Source: Paramecium tetraurelia
Taxonomy: Eukaryota
Length of the DNA stretch: 64,000 nt
Direction: 5' to 3'
NCBI GenBank assembly: GCA_000165425.1
Contig: CT868407.1
Span: 62,001-126,000, forward strand
This document shows, in pieces, positions 61,096 through 64,000 of the stretch. The notes under the pieces were generated by a model. That model saw only the letters and a list, made by a program, of their open reading frames with translations. It ran no database searches and was not told where the DNA came from. Within the stretch, counting starts at the first letter, position 1. Each line of letters starts with the position of its first letter. Both the position numbers and the translations under genes were made by a program.

Positions 61096-61129
61096 ATCTT
61101 GGGAATAATATATATTAATTAAATAAAAA
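61096..61129. promoter_or_regulatory. Ultra-compact divergent (bidirectional) promoter region
   Basis: Only 34 nt between two oppositely oriented ATGs. Confidence 0.55.
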
Positions 61130-61621
61130 ATGTCAAGAGCAATTCGTAGATATGTGAATGCCAAAGAGGAGATGGAATACGAGCGAGGATACTCAGCTGA
61201 AGAGATGCAAGCAGCTAAATTGAGAAAGGCATTTGTTTAGAAATTTATTGCTGACTTCGACACTAATTTTTACAAAACATAAGAGGAAAGAGATTGGGGA
61301 TATGTTGTTAGAAGAGAGTATGATTATGTTCTTATCATTCTTAGATATCGTTATGATGTGACTTATTCCTCTCTTGTTGATGGTTGGGCATGTGCAGCTG
61401 CTGTTTCTATGGTCAGAATGTTTTAGACAAAGAGATTTTCATGGGCTCCTTATTTTGTAGTTTGGCCAATTGCTTATCTCTACTTTCAACCAATTAAATT
61501 TTTGAAACACAATAAAAAATACTTTGATATGTGCAATTTGGGTGAAACATTTTACCTTGGAAGAGAAAGAAACAAGGTTCTGGCTGAATGTAACAGAATA
61601 TTAGATAGAGAGGATTTCTGA
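61130..61621 (+). CDS. Small conserved membrane protein, probable ciliate-specific mitochondrial respiratory complex accessory subunit
   Basis: MSRAIRRY...ERDWGYVVRREYRYDV..two TM..YFDMCNLGETFYLGRERNKVLAECNRILDREDF; assignment recalled from Tetrahymena complex IV subunits, unverified. Confidence 0.6.
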
Positions 61622-61757
61622 TCCTTATAATAACATAATAATAATAATAAAATAAAATATTTATGATTACCCTAACAACTACCAGAGTCTGTACTCTTCT
61701 GGGTTTGCAGATCAAAGTTTTTGTATCAAATTATAAAGAATTTAATTTATTTATAAT

Positions 61758-62834
61758 ATGTTCAATTACTTGAATGTTATCCAATTGATCATTATATCGA
61801 TTAACATGTTCACTGGATTGATGAGAGCAGGTTTGACAATAACTAGAAAGAAAAATCCTATAGATAACTATATATTTTTGATGTTCTTTTTTGCAATCCT
61901 TACTCTCACAGCAGAAATCATTAATCTGTTTTTGTGCAAATAAACTGTTGAGATGCATCTGGTCTGTGTTGGAACTTGGATCACATTTTCATTGACACTA
62001 CAATAATCATTGGCATTTATGGCCATACTGCAATTCCTAACATTTTTCCTTCTATAAACCCAATCAAAGGAGTTTCTTGATGAGATGAAGAAATCTCAAA
62101 ACTAATTCATATTTTTTGCCATACTTGCACCAATCATTTTTAACTTACTCAATCTATTTGTCCATGATTCCCAGTACAGAATATTTTACCCTCCGAACAA
62201 CAGATTTTAAGTGATAGTCCTATTTGCACCTTTAACCTTCCTGTTGATTATTATATCCATTTTTACAGGGTTGTCAATTAAAATGCTCAGAACGTAATAA
62301 TTAATAATCAAGTAGATAGGAGTTCCTAAGATTTAACAATACAATTTCGTAAAAATTTCATTAAAACACTCAAAGTAGCATTATTCACCCAATTGATATG
62401 CTATACCCCGTTTTTATTGATTGTGATTGCAGCTCAATTCACAAATTAACTCAATTTCTATTATAATATCCTCTTGGCGTTAATCAACACCCAGATATTA
62501 CAATACAATTATTTATTTGGCCTCAATCCCTACATACAAAAGATCTAGGTTTTAAAGATGTCAAAATTGTTGGGCATTGCGTGCGTCTGATATTGAAGAA
62601 AGTGAATAATATTCCTATGCCCATACCTAAACCTAGACATTCACAGAAACTCAGTTAACCAACAATGTTAGAATTTCAGCTACTCCATCAAAAGTGGCAG
62701 AAATGGCAATCTCTAGAGATTCATGCAACATTAAATCATAAACGCAAAAGCAACCTAAAATATTAGGATCCGAGAAGTAAAAATTAACAACAGTGGAAAT
62801 GAAACAGAAAGCTAAAACCCATGTATCTAATTGA
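61758..62834 (+). CDS. 7-TM GPCR-like membrane protein
   Basis: Seven hydrophobic segments, TM6-like LICYTPF and TM7-like LNPYI, Ser/Thr-rich tail; C-terminus depends on a doubtful 22-nt intron at 62581-62602. Confidence 0.65.
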
Positions 62835-62884
62835 AATTAATATTATTCCTCTATTAATTCATTAATAATTAATTTAAAAGTTTA

Positions 62885-63480
62885 ATGTCTTTAGTCAACA
62901 TAACCAACATTGTTATTGATGATAAGCCATAGCCTTTCGATAGTCCAATCAATATTGACATTTTCTTTGATGTCATAGTTGACATTGAGGATGAAATCGA
63001 ATGGATGTACATCAATATTTTAGTTGTAGGCTTCTCTTCATTGGCTCACCTAAAGATGAGTAACATGATCAGATACTTGATTAGTTCTCAATGGGACCTC
63101 TTTAAGCCGGAGCTAAACATTTTACTTTAGAATGCAATCCTCCTGATTGGCAAAAAATTCCCCAAAACGAATTACTGGGTATCACAGCCTTCATCCTCAC
63201 GTGTTCCTACAGAGAAAAAGAATTCTTTAGAGTTGGTTACTATGTTTACACTACCTATACCTCTCAAGAGAATATAGAGAACGATCCCCCTAAAATTATT
63301 ATAGAAGATATTTCACGTTAAATCTTCAATAATAAACCCCGTATAACTCGATTTGAAATCGATTGGAAAGGGAATAATTAAAATTAAACTACGTCTGAAC
63401 AAATTGATAATAAATAATTTATGTTCTAAGAACAACAAGAAAAATAGTCAGCCGATGTGACTGAGGTCGAAGATCCATGA
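62885..63480 (+). CDS. ASF1: Histone H3-H4 chaperone ASF1
   Basis: MSLVNITNI, FIGSPKDEQHDQILD, MGPL, LLGITAFILTCSYREKEFFRVGYYV, KPRITRFEIDW. Confidence 0.95.
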
Positions 63481-63885
63481 ACTAATTCAAAATGTATTCG
63501 ACTCCTGAATATATTTATATATATATATATAACTAAATAAATTAAAATAGTATAATTAATTAATTATTGATCATGTAAATTTAAGAAGATAGCAGACATT
63601 TTTTAAGATATCCATGCATCCCTCCTTGAATATATTATTAATTTGACCATCTCATTAAATTCTTCACTTGATCATCTTCAATGAAATTAATTAGATGATC
63701 TCAAATAATTCATTTTATAGGGTTCGTAGATTGATAAAAGCATTCGTTCTGATGTAATTAAAGTAGTTATAAGTGGGTAACCATTGTTTAGGATGCTTTG
63801 TTTGTATATGTAGATTGAGTTTTTAATTTAAAATTTATAATAAAAATTTAACAGTAAAATTAATTATAATTGTTTATTAATTTAA

Positions 63886-64000
63886 ATGGAGAATTACCCA
63901 AACAATAATTATAGACAGAATTTTCATATTAGGTATCTACAGGATCTATCTACGCTAATCCATGATATTATAGAATGGGGTTTATTATTGCAGAAGACAT
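63886..64000 (+). CDS. Possible 5' end of a gene running off the window
   Basis: ATG after an AT-rich leader; open to the window end (MENYPNNNYRQNFH...). Confidence 0.3.
   Translation, partial: MENYPNNNYRQNFHIRYLQDLSTLIHDIIEWGLLLQKT

Noticed and set aside
63512..63532. (TA)n runs here and near 6208-6222 and 13882-13903
   Set aside because: Short low-complexity 3'-flank sequence, common in AT-rich DNA.

Overview
AT-rich, gene-dense ciliate macronuclear DNA, very probably Paramecium (P. tetraurelia-like). It reads in translation table 6 (TAA/TAG = Gln, only TGA stops) and has tiny 20-35 nt GT..AG introns. The supplied ORF track (standard code) therefore shows only fragments and antisense artefacts. 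I re-read the genes by hand and found about 28 protein-coding loci and one tRNA-Thr(UGU). The loci are: acid sphingomyelinase, ETF-alpha, CTD phosphatase, a Piwi with intact DEDH tetrad, a divergent BI-1/TMBIM protein, a large coiled-coil protein, a J-like complex I subunit, a trichocyst matrix protein, a P450, a P5 ATPase, RPGRIP1L with EF-hands, CK1, kinesin, two LITAF proteins, an axonemal dynein heavy chain, a DUSP, a pseudokinase, RPS6, cytochrome c1, a B-box protein, a GPCR-like protein, ASF1 and several hypothetical proteins. The most striking anomalies are: (1) recurrent single-base +1 frame breaks in otherwise well-conserved genes (three in dynein, one clear plus one probable in RPGRIP1L, and a B-box hidden in an alternative frame); (2) a decaying twin-CX9C pseudogene; (3) extreme gene packing, including a 16-nt DUSP-dynein gap that could be spliced into an in-frame fusion and a 34-nt divergent promoter. 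Assembly error is the leading explanation for the frame breaks and must be excluded first. Coordinates were derived by hand and may be off by a few nt.
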